A stretch of DNA of 64,000 bases from contig CAWDML010000007.1 of the NCBI GenBank assembly GCA_963803435.1, positions 352,001 to 416,000 on the forward strand. Reading direction: 5' to 3'. The translations under genes and the position numbers were made by a program. The notes under the pieces are model-generated. The model did not search any database. It was given only the letters and a program-made list of their open reading frames with translations, and had not been told where the DNA came from. Below are positions 1-8,096 of the stretch, piece by piece; within the stretch, counting starts at the first letter, position 1, and the number at the start of each line of letters is the position of its first letter. This DNA is from an uncultured delta proteobacterium. Lineage in GTDB: Bacteria; Myxococcota; Kuafuiibacteriia; Kuafuiibacteriales; Kuafuiibacteriaceae.

Positions 1-255
1 TGGCCCGCGCTCCACGGGCCCGACGACGTGCGTATGCGCCTCATCGGCGGCGACCACAACGACTTCATCGACACCTGCTCCACGGGCATCACCGTGCGCT
101 GCAGTGATCTGGATCCCGCCAAGGTGTGGCTTCCCGTTCGCGTCTACACGCTCGCCTTCCTCCGCAAGGTCCTGCTGGAGGAGGAGGGCCTAGACCCGAT
201 CCTCCAGGGCAAAACGCCCGTCTCCCCCCTCATCGAGCTGACCACGCGTCCGTAG
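1..255 (+). CDS. C-terminal fragment of a gene entering the window, possibly an alpha/beta hydrolase
   Basis: Frame 1 is open from base 1 to TAG at 253-255; GGDHNDF resembles the catalytic-His loop of lipase-type hydrolases. Confidence 0.4.
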   Translation, partial: WPALHGPDDVRMRLIGGDHNDFIDTCSTGITVRCSDLDPAKVWLPVRVYTLAFLRKVLLEEEGLDPILQGKTPVSPLIELTTRP

Positions 256-300
256 GGCGACCGACCGATCGTCCACAGCACCGATGCTAGCCTCCCGTCC

Positions 301-1902
301 GTGGCCCACCGCTCTCCCATACTTCTCGGAGCGCTGCTCCTCCTCGCCGCGTGCAAGGGTGAGGAGACGACCGACGCGCCGCCCATCCCGTTCCCCGACG
401 TCGAGGCGCAAGGTGCCGCGCTCAAGCGGCTCACCGGCGAGCAGTACCGGAACAGCCTCCGCGACGTCCTCGGCGAGGACCTGGTCCTTCCCACGGCCGT
501 CGAGCCCGACATCGCGGCGGCCGGCCTGCTGGCGATCGGCGCCTCGCGGACCACGATCTCCAGCTGGGGCGTCGAGCAATACGAGTCGGCCGCGTACTCC
601 CTCGCCGCGCAGATCATGGAGGACGGGACCCGGCGCGCCTCACTCGTCCCGTGCGCGCCCGCCGCTCTCACCGACGACGACTGCGCCCGCGCCTTCATCA
701 CGCAGCTCGGCTTGCGCTTGTGGCGGCGCCCGTTGATCGCAGAGGAGTCCGACGCGCTCGTCGCCGTCGCGCACGACGCCGCCATGACGCTCGGTGACTT
801 CCACAAAGGTCTCGAGTTCGCGCTGGCGGCGCTGCTCCAATCACCGAACTTCCTCTACCGTGCGGAGCTGGGGAGCAGCGGCCGCTACGACGACTTCGAG
901 CTGGCCACGCGACTCAGCTACTTCCTCTGGAACACCACCCCCGACGACGAGCTGCTGACCGCCGCCGAAGCCGGCGAGCTGGCCACCGACGACGGCCTGG
1001 CCGCCCAGGTCCACCGCATGCTCGAGTCCGATCGCGCGCACCAGGGCGTGCGCCGCTTCTTCTCCGATCTCTGGCACCTGTATCGCCTCGACGGCCTCAA
1101 CAAGGATCCGTCGCTCTTTCCTCACTACTCCACCGACCTCGGCGGCTACGCGCGGGAGGAGACGCTGCTCGGCATCGAGCATCTCGTGTTCGATCTCGAC
1201 GGCGATTACCGCGACCTCTTCACTACCGGCGAGACCTTCGTGAACCGCCACCTGGCGGCGCTCTACGGCGTGCGCGCGCCGGAGCGCGAGGGCTTCGGCC
1301 GCGTGGAGCTCGCGGAGGCGGGTGGGCGTCGCGGCTTCCTGGGCCAGGTCAGCTTCCTCGCTCTCAACTCGCATCCCGCCTCCTCCTCGGCCGTCCTGCG
1401 CGGTCACTTCGTCCGCTCGGTGCTGCTCTGTCAGCCGATCCCGCCGCCCCCGGTCAACCTCAACACGGCCCTCCCCGAGGTGACCGAGACCGCCCGCACC
1501 CTCCGCGAGCGCGATGTCGTCCACCTCCAGGACTCTTCCTGCGCGGGCTGCCACTCGCGAATGGATCCGATCGGCCTAGGCTTCGAGAACTTCGACGGGA
1601 TCGGTCGCTGGCGCACCGAAGATAACGGCGCGACCATCGACGCGACCGGCGACCTCGACGGCGCCGCGTTCCAGAACGCGTGGGAGCTCGGCCAGGTCGT
1701 GCACGACCACCCGGACCTCCCCCGCTGTCTGGTCGAGAACATGTACCAGTACGCCACCGGTACAGAGACTGGCGAAGGCGAGCGCGCGCTCGTCGACGTC
1801 CTCGCCGAGCGGTTCGCGCAGTCCGGCTATCGCATCAAGTCGCTGCTGTTCGACATCGTCACCAGCCCCGGATTCCGCCAGGTGAAGGAGGTCGCACCAT
1901 GA
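301..1902 (+). CDS. DUF1592/DUF1588 (PSD/PSCyt) family cytochrome-c-like lipoprotein
   Basis: Lipobox LAAC; RLTxxQYxNSLRD, LLQSPNFLYR, ELATRLSYFLW, SSAVLRG and CxxCH (CAGCH) motifs. Confidence 0.88.
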   Translation: MAHRSPILLGALLLLAACKGEETTDAPPIPFPDVEAQGAALKRLTGEQYRNSLRDVLGEDLVLPTAVEPDIAAAGLLAIGASRTTISSWGVEQYESAAYSLAAQIMEDGTRRASLVPCAPAALTDDDCARAFITQLGLRLWRRPLIAEESDALVAVAHDAAMTLGDFHKGLEFALAALLQSPNFLYRAELGSSGRYDDFELATRLSYFLWNTTPDDELLTAAEAGELATDDGLAAQVHRMLESDRAHQGVRRFFSDLWHLYRLDGLNKDPSLFPHYSTDLGGYAREETLLGIEHLVFDLDGDYRDLFTTGETFVNRHLAALYGVRAPEREGFGRVELAEAGGRRGFLGQVSFLALNSHPASSSAVLRGHFVRSVLLCQPIPPPPVNLNTALPEVTETARTLRERDVVHLQDSSCAGCHSRMDPIGLGFENFDGIGRWRTEDNGATIDATGDLDGAAFQNAWELGQVVHDHPDLPRCLVENMYQYATGTETGEGERALVDVLAERFAQSGYRIKSLLFDIVTSPGFRQVKEVAP

Positions 1903-3191
1903 AGCTGTCACGGCGTACGGTCCTCAAGGGCATCCTCGGCGGCGCCGCAGTCTCGATCGCGCTCCCCGAGCTCGAGGTCTTCGCGCAGAGCGCCCTCCCC
2001 AAGCGGTTCGGCGTCTGGTTCTGGGGCAACGGCATGCTCCCCGCGCGCTGGGTGCCCGAGGGCGAAGGCACCGAGTGGACGCTGTCCGAGCAGCTCGCGC
2101 CCCTCGAGCCGGTCAAGAGCGACATCACCGTCGTCAGCGGCATGGCGCTCAAAACGGGCAACTCGATCCCCCACGGATCCGGCCCGGCCGGGATCCTCTC
2201 CGGGGCACCGCTGATCGTGCGGAGCGGCGAGGACTTCACGTTCAGCGCGCCCAGCATCGACCAGACGATTGCCACCGCGATCGGCGGCGACACCCGCTTC
2301 CGCTCCATCGAGCTCGGCGTCCGGCCCGAAGAGGGCCTCTCGTACAACGGGCCCGACAGCCGCAACCCGCCCGAGAGCTCTCCCAAGCAGCTGTTCGATC
2401 GCATCTTCGGCGGGGGCTTCGTCGCTCCGGGGACCACGCCGATGATCGACCCCAAGCTCCGCCTCCGCCGCAGCGTCCTCGACGTCGTGCTCTCCGACGC
2501 CGCCAGGCTCAAGACACGGCTCAGCGCGCAAGACAAGTTGCGACTCGACCAGCACCTCGACGGCGTGCGCGATCTCGAGCGCCGCATTCAGCGCCTCGAA
2601 GAGAACCCGCCCACGCTCGAGTCGTGTGCGGTCCCCGCCCAACCGGCCGACGACTATCCAGACGTCGACGGCCGCCCGCCGCTCTCGGAGATCTCACAGG
2701 TGATGGCCGAGCTGACCGCGATGGCGCTCGCCTGCGATCAGACGCGCGTCTTCAGCTGCTTCTACACCTTCCCGGTGAACAACATCCTGTTCCCCGGTCT
2801 GCCCGAGGGCCATCACCGGCTCACCCACGACGAGCCCGGCGATCAGCCGCTGGTGAGCAAGATCGTGGTTCAGATCATGGCCGACCTGTCGCGCTTCCTC
2901 GAGACGCTCCGCGCCGTCCCCGAGGGCGGCGGCACGCTGCTCGACAACTGCGCGATCCTCTGCACCTCCGACGTCTCCTTCGGACGCACGCACTCACTCG
3001 ACGACTATCCGATCATCATCGGCGGCACCGCCGGTGGAGCGCTCAAGAAGGGCCTGCACTACCGCTCACCGTCCGGAGAGAACGCGAGCATGGTCCTCCT
3101 GACGCTGGCCCGCGCGATGGGGCTGACGATCAGCGAGATCGGCGTCGACTCGGGCAGGACCGACCGCGGTCTGGAGGTGATCGAAGCATGA
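1899..3191 (+). CDS. DUF1552 (HXXSHH) family Tat-exported protein
   Basis: ATGA overlap with the upstream gene; twin-Arg SRRTVLKG; SIDQ, ALACDQTRV and HHRLTH motifs; usual partner of DUF1592. Confidence 0.88.
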   Translation: MKLSRRTVLKGILGGAAVSIALPELEVFAQSALPKRFGVWFWGNGMLPARWVPEGEGTEWTLSEQLAPLEPVKSDITVVSGMALKTGNSIPHGSGPAGILSGAPLIVRSGEDFTFSAPSIDQTIATAIGGDTRFRSIELGVRPEEGLSYNGPDSRNPPESSPKQLFDRIFGGGFVAPGTTPMIDPKLRLRRSVLDVVLSDAARLKTRLSAQDKLRLDQHLDGVRDLERRIQRLEENPPTLESCAVPAQPADDYPDVDGRPPLSEISQVMAELTAMALACDQTRVFSCFYTFPVNNILFPGLPEGHHRLTHDEPGDQPLVSKIVVQIMADLSRFLETLRAVPEGGGTLLDNCAILCTSDVSFGRTHSLDDYPIIIGGTAGGALKKGLHYRSPSGENASMVLLTLARAMGLTISEIGVDSGRTDRGLEVIEA

Positions 3192-4006
3192 GACGCCTCG
3201 CCGTGCTGACCGTGCTGCTCTCGGCTGCGTGCGGGTCCCCGGCGGAGCCGGTGGTCCCGACCCTGGCGGTGGTACGGGCGCTCCACTTCGTCCGTGAGGA
3301 TCCGAAGGGCGTATCGAACGGCATGAACCTCGACGGCTTCGTCAGCGAGAACAACGAGGACGGCCGCAGCTGCTTCAAGCCGGACTTCGTCGCCCCCGAC
3401 GGCGTGCCCGGGATCGACAACGAGCTCGCCCGCCTCCTCCCGCTGGTCGATCTGGCCGGCGAGAACGCGGTCGAGAGCTTGCTCCAGGGCTCGATCGACG
3501 AGGGCCGGCTCCTCATGCTGGTCGAGATCACGCCTCACGGCGACACCGCCGACCTCCGCGTCCTCCGCGGCATGGACGTCCCGCTGCTGGGTACCGACGG
3601 CAAGATCCTCGCCGGTCAGACGCTCGGCCTCGATCCCGACCCGATCCTCGGCGAGCTCCAGGACGTGCCGATGGTCGACGGCACCCTCACCGCCGACACC
3701 TTCTCGCTCCAGCTCCCGGTCGTCGTCTTCAGCCAGCTCTATCAGGTGGTGCTGCCGAAGGCGCACATGCACTTCTCGATGAACCCCGACGGCACCATCG
3801 AGTCGGGCTTGATCGCAGGCGGCATCCCGGTCGACGACCTCGTCACCATCATGAACACCGCCGCCGAGTTCGGCGGCGACTTCGACTCCATCTTCGGCGA
3901 CGCGCTCCGCTCGTCGGGGGACCTCGATCGCGACGCCGACGGCAACTGCACCGCCATGTCCGCCGCGGTGACGTTCGACGCCGTCCAAGCCTTCACGTTC
4001 GAGTGA
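3188..4006 (+). CDS. hypothetical lipoprotein
   Basis: ATGA overlap; MRRLAVLTVLLSAAC lipobox; GMNLDG and GIDN motifs. Confidence 0.75.
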   Translation: MRRLAVLTVLLSAACGSPAEPVVPTLAVVRALHFVREDPKGVSNGMNLDGFVSENNEDGRSCFKPDFVAPDGVPGIDNELARLLPLVDLAGENAVESLLQGSIDEGRLLMLVEITPHGDTADLRVLRGMDVPLLGTDGKILAGQTLGLDPDPILGELQDVPMVDGTLTADTFSLQLPVVVFSQLYQVVLPKAHMHFSMNPDGTIESGLIAGGIPVDDLVTIMNTAAEFGGDFDSIFGDALRSSGDLDRDADGNCTAMSAAVTFDAVQAFTFE

Positions 4007-4021
4007 TCGCGATCCGCCGCT

Positions 4022-4984
4022 TCACCGCCGACTGCGATCCAGCAGCTCGCAGTCGAGCCCCTCGTTCGGCACGCACGCCTTCCCGACCACACACGCCCCG
4101 TCGACGCACGCGATCGGCGCGCACGCCGCCCCCGCCCTCTCGCACGGCGTCCCCGACTTGCGACACACCTTCCGCGACCCGTCGCACGTGTCCGGCGGAC
4201 AATCCGCGTCCGCCGCGCATGAACAGAATCCGGAGAGCCGGCCCTCGCCGATCCTACAGCTCCGTCCCGGCGCGCAATCCGCATCGCTCTCACAGTCCCG
4301 ATCCGTGAGGGTGGCGACGTCCGAGCACACGTACCCGTTCGGACAGCTCTCGCCGTTCGCACACGTGACACCGCAGAAGAGGTCCGGCCCCGCCCCGTAG
4401 CTATTGACGAGACACAGGCTCCCCGGCGGACCGCACGGCGACGGATCCTCCGGCGTGATCGGCGGACACTCCTGGCAGTACAGCCCGCGCTCATCGACCT
4501 GACACCGTCCATCGACGCACGCGCTCCCGTAGTCGCAGAAGTCGCTCGCCGCGCAGCGCCCATCCGCGACCCGACACTGTCCGTCGACACAGAGCTGTCC
4601 CAGCACGCAGTCACCATGTCCAAAGCACCCGGGCGCGCACTTGCCGGAGAGACACACGGCGCCATACGGGCACTGCACCGACCCCACGCACGGCGACCCG
4701 AGCTGCAGCCCCGGACCCGCGATACACCGCGCGCTCCCGATCTCGCAGTAGGTGTCGGCGAGCGGACAGTCGTCATTGCTGAAGCACCCGAAGTCGCGCT
4801 GGCAGATTCCGACCGAGTTGCAGAACTCGTCGGCGCCACACGCCGAGTCGGCCGTGCAGATGCACTGGGCGCTCACCGCATCGCAGCGCGTGTTGGGGGT
4901 CGAGCAGTCATCATCGGTGCGACACGTGTTGTCGCGCGGGCAGGCGACGCCCAAGCCCGCGAGGATCAGCGCTGCGATCCGCAC
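4022..4984 (-). CDS. Cys-rich (Dickkopf-like CxxDxDC repeat) lipoprotein
   Basis: GTG at 4984 begins the signal RIAALILAGLGVAC; many CxxDxDC units. Confidence 0.75.
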   Translation of the reverse strand: MRIAALILAGLGVACPRDNTCRTDDDCSTPNTRCDAVSAQCICTADSACGADEFCNSVGICQRDFGCFSNDDCPLADTYCEIGSARCIAGPGLQLGSPCVGSVQCPYGAVCLSGKCAPGCFGHGDCVLGQLCVDGQCRVADGRCAASDFCDYGSACVDGRCQVDERGLYCQECPPITPEDPSPCGPPGSLCLVNSYGAGPDLFCGVTCANGESCPNGYVCSDVATLTDRDCESDADCAPGRSCRIGEGRLSGFCSCAADADCPPDTCDGSRKVCRKSGTPCERAGAACAPIACVDGACVVGKACVPNEGLDCELLDRSRR

Positions 4985-5312
4985 ACGAAGGACGGGCGTG
5001 TCGATGGGATCAGGATACGCGCAGACCGGAGAGATACGAACGCGCATACCGGCGGTGGGGGTGTGCAACGCGAATGCCGCCTCCGACGACGAGGGGTTGA
5101 GGCGAGGACTGCGGCACGCGCGGAGAGCTTGCCGCGGCCGTGCAGGCGTCGTCGACGTCGCAGGCCCCGACCAGACCGCCCCGATCGGAGTAGGCACGCG
5201 CCTTGCTCAATCGGGAGGGATGAAGCGAGGCCCGGGCGCCGATCCGAGCGCGTCCGACGAAGCCAGCCTGGGGCAGGTTCGAGGGGCGGAGGCTGACTTC
5301 GCCAGCACCCGG

Positions 5313-5789
5313 CTACGCTCGCGAACCTCTGCTCTTGGGTACCGAGTGCTTGGTGTTGTGAGCGATGGCCTCGCGCAGGAGCGCCTTGAGCGCGGTCTTG
5401 TCGATCTTGTCTCCCTCGTGGATGTCGATCGCTCGCCACTTGTTCCCGTCCAGGCCCGCGTTGAAGAGCTTCTTGGGGTCGGGGAGCTTGGCGCCGTGGA
5501 AGAAGGTGACCTTCACCTTGTCCTTGTGGGCGTTGGCGAGGGCGTACATCCCTTCGTGCGACCAGACGGGGGTACCCATCCACTTCCATTCTTCGACCAC
5601 CCCGGGGTCGACCTCGTGGATGATCTTGCGGATCTCGGCTAGCCGCTCGCCCCGCCAATCGCCCAGCTCCGCTATCCTCTTGTCGATCCGCTTGGAGGCG
5701 CCCGTGGGGTCTGACGGCTTGGTGGCCGCCTTGCGCGGTCGGGCGGTCTTCTTTGCCGCCTTCGCGGTCTTCTTCTTCTTCGCGGTCAT
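5313..5789 (-). CDS. DUF1801 (YdhG-like) protein
   Basis: DWRGERLAEIR, EEWKWMGTPVW and LPDPKKLFN motifs. Confidence 0.9.
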   Translation of the reverse strand: MTAKKKKTAKAAKKTARPRKAATKPSDPTGASKRIDKRIAELGDWRGERLAEIRKIIHEVDPGVVEEWKWMGTPVWSHEGMYALANAHKDKVKVTFFHGAKLPDPKKLFNAGLDGNKWRAIDIHEGDKIDKTALKALLREAIAHNTKHSVPKSRGSRA

Positions 5790-6202
5790 CGCCGGTCTTC
5801 CCGCGCCTCGATCATCTTCCACCCGTTCCCCGACGGATCGCGGAAGCTGGCGTCCATGCTGCCGTAGCGGTCGACGGGCTCCTGCGTGAACTCCACTCCG
5901 CAGGCACGCATTCGGTCGTAGGCGGCGCGGCAGTCGTCGACGACCAGGACGAGCGGGGGCATGGCACCCTTCGCCACGATCTCACGCAGGGTCTGCGCAG
6001 TCGCCGCGTCCAGGATCGGTGACTGGGGCGTGAACAGTCCGAGCTGGAAGGACGGCTGGTCGGGGTGCTGCACCGTGAGCCAGCGGTAGTCGCCGTTCCG
6101 TGCGTCGGTGTGGACGCGGAATCCGAGCTTCTCGACGTAGAACTCGAGGGCTTCTTCCTGATTGCGAACGTACAGACCGATCATTCCGACACCCTGGCTC
6201 AT
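5786..6202 (-). CDS. VOC/glyoxalase family protein
   Basis: ALEFYVEKLGF, GVEFTQEP, FRDPSGN; 4-bp overlaps with both neighbours. Confidence 0.92.
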   Translation of the reverse strand: MSQGVGMIGLYVRNQEEALEFYVEKLGFRVHTDARNGDYRWLTVQHPDQPSFQLGLFTPQSPILDAATAQTLREIVAKGAMPPLVLVVDDCRAAYDRMRACGVEFTQEPVDRYGSMDASFRDPSGNGWKMIEAREDRR

Positions 6203-6714
6203 GGGACCTCCGTTTCTTCGGATCGGTTCATACCACCCGCGTCCTGCCGTCGCTTCTCCGAAACTGCGATCGGGAGGTCGGGCCGAAGGGCGGCGCTGAG
6301 AAAACAGGCGGGCACCAGCTCGAGCGCATGCGGAGCGGCCTTCTCGCGCGCACGAAGCTCTCCCGGGCTCTCGCCGGTGACGTCGCGGAACGTGCGCCCG
6401 AACGTCCCCAAGCTCTTCCAGCCGGTCTCGAACGCGATCTCGGTGATGGACAGGTCCGTGTCGCGGAGCAGCGCCGCAGCCCGCTCGAGTCGACGTGTGA
6501 GCAGGTATCGGTGCGGAGGAACACCGAAGGCGTCCTTGAACGATCGCGCGAAGTGGGCCTCGGAGATCCCGCTCAACCGCGCGAGCCGCCGGACCGGCCA
6601 CTCCTCGTGGGAGGCAGCGTCCATCCGGTCCTTCGCACGGAGCAGGCGACGCAACACCTCGGGGTCATGACTCTTGTGCCCTCGTTCTTGCTTGCTCCCG
6701 AGCCGTGTTCCCAT
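6199..6714 (-). CDS. AraC-family HTH regulator
   Basis: SEAHFARSFK, SITEIAFETGW, GTFGRTFR; start codon uncertain. Confidence 0.88.
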   Translation of the reverse strand: MGTRLGSKQERGHKSHDPEVLRRLLRAKDRMDAASHEEWPVRRLARLSGISEAHFARSFKDAFGVPPHRYLLTRRLERAAALLRDTDLSITEIAFETGWKSLGTFGRTFRDVTGESPGELRAREKAAPHALELVPACFLSAALRPDLPIAVSEKRRQDAGGMNRSEETEVP

Positions 6715-6845
6715 GAGCGACCCGTCAGATGTCATCGCCGAGAGGAGCCCTGCATCACCGGCGACTCCGTTTCTTGTCAACCCGATCGGCCACGGCGCCG
6801 TCCTAGCCGCCGGGCACTTGCCTGCCCTGGCCCGGCTCATTAAAG

Positions 6846-7103
6846 GTGGAATCTCTGGCGCGCTCGAACAGAACGGGTCAACGCATTCGGCTCTTGCCTC
6901 GCGTCGATCCCTCGGAGGTTCCGACCGACTCGGATCGGACGCAGTCGGACGTCCCCTTCGAGCCTCCGACCGTCGAGGAGCCGGTCCGGCGACGACGGCT
7001 CCCGGAGCCCGAGCACCCGCCGCGCAAGCTGCACAAGGTCACGGTGGTGGCGGTCGTCCTGACCGTGGTGGTCATCGTGGCGGCCGCGCTGTTCTCCCGC
7101 TGA
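6846..7103 (+). CDS. small protein with a C-terminal membrane anchor
   Basis: Hydrophobic C-terminus VTVVAVVLTVVVIVAAALF. Confidence 0.45.
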   Translation: MESLARSNRTGQRIRLLPRVDPSEVPTDSDRTQSDVPFEPPTVEEPVRRRRLPEPEHPPRKLHKVTVVAVVLTVVVIVAAALFSR

Positions 7104-7195
7104 CGCCGCGCCCGCGGCGGGATCAATAGACCGTTAACCACGAGGCAAAAGCTGGACGAGGAGGACCATCGATAATCCAGGACGGAGGTGCACGC

Positions 7196-7954
7196 ATGGT
7201 TCGGATCAGCACGGTCGCGGGTCGGTGCGACGCGGTTCTTCAGTGGACTCGAGACAACGGCGGCGTCAGCGACGGCGACGGACACGTACGACCCGACGTC
7301 GACCCGGCGCTCGTCCGCCGCGAGATCGAGACCCGCGCGACGTTCGGACTGTACGACCACGCCGATGCTCCCTGGCGCGGGGAGTACGTCCGCGCGCAGG
7401 ACAATCTCAACGCCGACCTGTCCTCGCTCTATTTGGCCGAGTCGAAGCCGGAGAAGCTCGTCGGGCCCGAGCTCGAACGATGGGTCCGGGACGTTACCTT
7501 CCAGCGCGAGCTCCTGGCGAGGCGCCGGGACCAGGAAGCGGACATCGGAGCGCTCGCGGACGAGCTCACCACCGCACCTGAGGTTCGCGAAGCGCTGGTC
7601 TGGGCGCTGCGCCATGCGGCGACCAAGGGTCAGTTCGACAAGGAGACGACGAGAGCGCACATCCTGTCGTTCCGCCCGCACGAGATCCTCTCGGTCCGCC
7701 TCCCCGGGCGGACCCGGCTGACCGTCGAGCTCCGGGGCCGTCACCTCGACATCACGACGTCGGATGACCTCGTGAAGCGGTGGCTCAACGGCCCGCTCGC
7801 GGTCGCCACCGCGATACACAAGTTCAACGCGCTGTTCCGCGCGAACAACGACTATGCAGGCTATCTCGAGGGGCGTGATCTCTCGCTCGCGAAGGACTTC
7901 GAGGATCCGGATTATCTTCAGGCGGCTCGCGCCGATCGCGAAGCGTGCCGATAG
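7196..7954 (+). CDS. hypothetical protein
   Basis: GGAGG upstream of ATG; GC3-rich codons; no recognised family. Confidence 0.65.
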   Translation: MVRISTVAGRCDAVLQWTRDNGGVSDGDGHVRPDVDPALVRREIETRATFGLYDHADAPWRGEYVRAQDNLNADLSSLYLAESKPEKLVGPELERWVRDVTFQRELLARRRDQEADIGALADELTTAPEVREALVWALRHAATKGQFDKETTRAHILSFRPHEILSVRLPGRTRLTVELRGRHLDITTSDDLVKRWLNGPLAVATAIHKFNALFRANNDYAGYLEGRDLSLAKDFEDPDYLQAARADREACR

Positions 7955-8096
7955 AGGCTAGTGGGTGACATCGAGCACGTAGGCCGGTGGCCGCTGCGGG
8001 CTTCTCTGATCGGCCGAATGCGGGGCGACCCCGTGGTCCTTCCGCGGGCCGCACTCGCGGCAACAAAACGGTCCGTCCTTCGATAATGCCTCTACC

